DNA from: Antedon mediterranea
Taxonomy: Eukaryota > Animalia > Echinodermata
Length of the DNA stretch: 64,000 nucleotides
Assembly: GCF_964355755.1 (NCBI RefSeq)
Contig: NC_092676.1
Coordinates: 4,131,888-4,195,887 of the forward strand
Direction of reading: 5' to 3'
Positions 62,501-64,000 of the stretch are shown piece by piece. The position numbers and the translations under genes were made by a program. The notes beneath the pieces were generated by a model. The model worked only from the letters and a program-made list of their open reading frames with translations, ran no database searches and was not told the DNA's origin. The stretch's first letter is position 1; each line of letters opens with the position of its first letter.

Positions 62501-63486
62501 CCAATAAGCATGATTATTTTGTGTAATCTTCATAATGAAACTTCATTCAGTACCATTTTTTTGTAAAGACCTGTTTCATTTATTGAGTTGCAGGCTGCAT
62601 TGCAGCGGTGATAACTAATGGTTTTAATATATTGTAGTTGAAAACATATAATTTACATCAAAAATTAAATACTGCAATTTTTAGTCGCGTGGACGCGACT
62701 CCATAGTTCACTATGTCGGTCGGTCGGTCTGTCTGTCGGTCCGGTATCACTATGCGTTTTATCGCTTTCTGACCTTATCTTGATATCAGTTTAATCTAGC
62801 TAAGTCAATTTTTCACAGTATATTCCTTATGGCCAGGAATCGATGTGGTTATGTTTTCCCGGTGCGCAATAACAAATTACGCGGTCTACGCACGACGATT
62901 TAACGAAATCACGTTTGTAATCATATCTTCAAAACCATGAATCACAATTAAATAAAATTTGGTACTTGTAAATTACAGGGCATAAATCATCATATGGCAA
63001 TACAATTACATGCGTAGCGCATGTAACGCATGCGTACGCGCGCTTACAATTTTCAAAATTTATTTTCGATGAAATAAGAGTACGTTTCAGGCAATTTTAA
63101 GCGTTTACAAAATTGCCATGAGTGCGCAGATTTTTGCGCGTTAAATGTTATTGCGCACTCTATTTGCCCGATTTCTGTTTTCTTGACTTACTTTTCAACT
63201 CGAAATTATGTTATACGAGCACGTCAAAAGTGTCAGGCTACGCACGTGTAAATTAAAAAAATATAAATGTTTTTAAACATTTCAACATTTTTAAACATGT
63301 TCAGTAATTTCGGTCAGTTGGTAGGTTGGTCGGTCGGTAAACACTAATGAGCACGCGACTGCAGCCATCTATATGGCCTTGTTAATTCATACTGAACTTT
63401 TTCTTCAGGCCTGGCGTGTGGGACTCTAATCAAATACCTACAATAGAAGCCAATTCATTTAATGGTTTGACATCACTGCTACAACT
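23414..63486 (+). CDS. 5' portion of a spliced SRCR x3 - LRRNT - LRR x>=10 secreted or membrane receptor gene (putative pattern-recognition or LGR/GRL101-type receptor); continues beyond the window
   Basis: Phase-compatible exon chain: signal exon (phase 1), three SRCR exons (1-1), Cys-rich LRRNT exon (1-2), ten LRR exons (2-2), all with canonical AG/GT. Confidence 0.8.
24068..25512 (+). mobile_element. Non-autonomous Helitron, family A copy 1 (1445 bp)
   Basis: A|TCTATATATA 5' end; terminal hairpin ctagatggtacgc...gcgtaccatCTAG|T; no TSD; homologous to 54644-55453 and 59037-60481. Confidence 0.9.
25915..26696 (-). pseudogene. Apurinic endonuclease domain of the host LINE ORF2 (frameshifted near 26060)
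   Basis: Motifs [33 protein letters not shown]. Confidence 0.85.
26702..28860 (-). mobile_element. 5'-truncated LINE carrying a frameshifted reverse transcriptase, (TAA)n tail, 5-bp TSD cagta
   Basis: RT motifs [51 protein letters not shown] in ORFs 26890-28769; (att)n at 26701-26721; cagta at 26697-26701 and 28861-28865. Confidence 0.92.
29354..30331 (-). pseudogene. LINE ORF1 (coiled-coil / RRM-type), interrupted by a stop near 30034, with an N-terminal ~87-102-bp triplication
   Basis: ORF track 29354-30025 and 30034-30276; repeated ESPPVLEAA units. Confidence 0.8.
30436..31836 (+). mobile_element. Non-autonomous Helitron, family B
   Basis: A|TCTATATTATA start followed by a (gtct)(gttt)n microsatellite; 3' hairpin acccgccc-tg-gggcgggt, then CTAG|T. 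Confidence 0.85.
33970..34406 (-). mobile_element. Probable LINE 3'-end fragment inserted in the satellite (copy 1)
   Basis: Unique insert within a monomer; on the minus strand FKTYLKNAF*, then a UTR ending AATAAA plus (TA)n. Confidence 0.55.
36653..37089 (-). mobile_element. Duplicate of the 33970-34406 insert (copy 2)
   Basis: Same sequence at offset 2683. Confidence 0.55.
40356..40691 (-). mobile_element. 5'-truncated LINE with poly(A) tail and ~13-bp TSD (acatacgattgtt)
   Basis: ORF 40476-40682 has a LINE ORF2 C-terminus (IFG...LS..EN..LF..VQ.F...SGRF*); 3' stem-loop gaggcgcctt/aaggcgcctc; poly-T on +; TSD at 40343-40355 and 40692-40704. Confidence 0.88.
41245..41550 (+). CDS. SRCR domain exon 1 (6-Cys, group A-type)
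   Basis: [16 protein letters not shown]...[21 protein letters not shown]...[11 protein letters not shown]; gcag| and g|gtaaaa, phase 1-1. Confidence 0.95.
41698..42034 (+). mobile_element. tRNA-derived SINE with (TCAA)n tail
   Basis: Pol III A box tggccgagcgg and B box ggttcgaggc; (caat)n tail; absent from the paralogous intron at ~43180. Confidence 0.85.
42707..43012 (+). CDS. SRCR domain exon 2
   Basis: ORF 42694-43020; tttag| and g|gtaagt, phase 1-1. Confidence 0.95.
43859..44167 (+). CDS. SRCR domain exon 3
   Basis: ORF 43846-44181; tttag| and ag|gtagga, phase 1-1. Confidence 0.95.
44508..46128. mobile_element. Non-autonomous hAT DNA transposon with 8-bp TSD ccaccagt
   Basis: TIRs caggggtggcgccag / ctggcgccaccactg; TSD at 44500-44507 and 46129-46136; internal ~330-bp tandem duplication. 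Confidence 0.92.
46265..46406 (+). CDS. LRR N-terminal cap exon ([19 protein letters not shown]...DPITRL)
   Basis: CPxxCxC motif; ttgtag| and tt|gtaagt, phase 1-2, bridging the SRCR and LRR exons. Confidence 0.85.
46858..46888 (+). pseudogene. LRR pseudo-exon, 5' half only (DLTYNQ...)
   Basis: Follows the conserved upstream intron block, but the acceptor and the 3' half/donor are deleted. Confidence 0.7.
47663..47734 (+). CDS. LRR exon 1 ([24 protein letters not shown])
   Basis: 72 nt, ttttaag|...ct|gtaagt, phase 2-2. Confidence 0.92.
48585..48656 (+). CDS. LRR exon 2 ([24 protein letters not shown])
   Basis: 72 nt, phase 2-2, canonical splice sites. Confidence 0.92.
49461..49532 (+). CDS. 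LRR exon 3 ([24 protein letters not shown])
   Basis: 72 nt, phase 2-2, canonical splice sites. Confidence 0.92.
50244..50315 (+). CDS. LRR exon 4 ([24 protein letters not shown])
   Basis: 72 nt, phase 2-2, canonical splice sites. Confidence 0.92.
51283..51354 (+). CDS. LRR exon 5 ([24 protein letters not shown])
   Basis: 72 nt, phase 2-2, canonical splice sites. Confidence 0.92.
52497..52541 (+). pseudogene. LRR pseudo-exon, 3' half only ([15 protein letters not shown])
   Basis: Donor gtaagt intact; acceptor and variable 5' codons deleted. Confidence 0.8.
54485..54559 (+). CDS. LRR exon 6 ([25 protein letters not shown]; 75 nt)
   Basis: tttaag|...ct|gtgagt, phase 2-2, one codon longer than its paralog, exon 9. 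Confidence 0.8.
54644..55453 (-). mobile_element. Non-autonomous Helitron, family A copy 2 (internally deleted)
   Basis: Same TC/CTAG termini; inserted at A|T; empty site visible in the paralogous intron (aatta|ttccagtt at ~57693). Confidence 0.9.
55681..55752 (+). CDS. LRR exon 7 ([24 protein letters not shown])
   Basis: 72 nt, ttttgaag|...ct|gtaagt. Confidence 0.88.
57082..57153 (+). CDS. LRR exon 8 ([24 protein letters not shown])
   Basis: 72 nt, tttgtag|...ct|gtgagt. Confidence 0.9.
57538..57609 (+). CDS. LRR exon 9 ([24 protein letters not shown])
   Basis: 72 nt, tttaag|...ct|gtgagt. Confidence 0.9.
59037..60481 (-). mobile_element. Non-autonomous Helitron, family A copy 3 (1445 bp)
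   Basis: Full-length reverse-complement homolog of 24068-25512 with the same termini. Confidence 0.9.
61687..62416 (-). mobile_element. HINE/DINE-1-like (Helentron-associated) non-autonomous element with a duplicated terminus
   Basis: Terminal hairpin agtcgcgt.cacgcgact next to a (gacc/gaca)n microsatellite (twice); other end aacaaggcc. Confidence 0.65.
62678..63383 (+). mobile_element. HINE/DINE-1-like element, opposite orientation to 61687-62416
   Basis: ttttt-agtcgcgtggacgcgact hairpin, (gtcg)n, sub-terminal gcacgcgact, ends ggccttgtt. Confidence 0.65.
63409..63486 (+). CDS. LRR exon 10 ([26 protein letters not shown]; 78 nt)
   Basis: ttcttcag|...ct|gtgagt, phase 2-2, in frame but with an atypical 5' end. 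Confidence 0.75.
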
Positions 63487-63574
63487 GTGAGTATTTTTTC
63501 AATTTGTATACTTCTACAAACTTCCTAGATTTTTCAAATACAACATGTCATTTTAGAATATTTTTCAGTAGATT

Positions 63575-63945
63575 TTGTATCAAACAAAAATCAGCAAAAC
63601 ATGGCCAATCACAAGATGGTATATAAAACATCAACATCATCCATGGGTTACCAATGACATCAATCAATTTATCAATATAAAGCATAGACTGTTCAGAAAA
63701 GCCAAACGTATTGGTTCTGTATCTGCATGGGATGACTATAAGTCTATTTGTAATAAGGTTAAGCGTCTATGCAATAAGTCGTATTATTCATATGTCAACA
63801 AATTATTTACAAGTGACTCTACTCGTAAAGCTTTCTGGCGTTTTGTTAGAGAACGTAGAAGATCACCAGAACCCGTTATCTTTTAATATTAACGGTGTGA
63901 ATGTTTTGTCACACCCTGTAATTGCTAGTTCATTTAATTAGGTTA
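63575..63945 (+). mobile_element. LINE ORF2 fragment (endonuclease-RT linker region), degraded
   Basis: PWVTNDI...KHRLFRKAK...WDDYK...KAFWRFV...IASSFN pattern typical of CR1/L2-type ORF2. Confidence 0.75.
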
Positions 63946-64000
63946 TATGCATGATATGCATATAACCTCTTGATTCTGTCAAAATCTTTATTTATTTATT

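Overview
AT-rich, intron-rich animal genomic DNA. The TE and gene content suggests a marine invertebrate, plausibly an echinoderm (inference). There are no prokaryotic features. Two spliced genes lie on the + strand. (1) The 3' half of a PICALM/AP180 (LAP/UNC-11) clathrin-assembly gene, exons 336-16913, ending ...DPFGSL*. (2) The 5' part of a large putative pattern-recognition receptor gene: a signal-peptide exon (~23414/23486-23561), a ~17.7 kb first intron packed with Helitrons, nested LINEs and an 83-bp satellite, three tandem single-exon SRCR domains, an LRRNT-like exon, and at least 10 single-LRR exons (72/75/78 nt, all phase 2-2) that run off the window. The most striking signal is the LRR cassette array. 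Five exons sit in near-identical duplicated units, but their codons differ almost only at the ligand-facing positions of the LxxLxLxxN strand. They are accompanied by half-exon pseudo-cassettes and an inverted intron copy that could pair with any upstream intron. This resembles VLR- or Dscam-type diversification, which is a hypothesis to test. Most ORF-track entries are spurious translations of tandem repeats or TEs.
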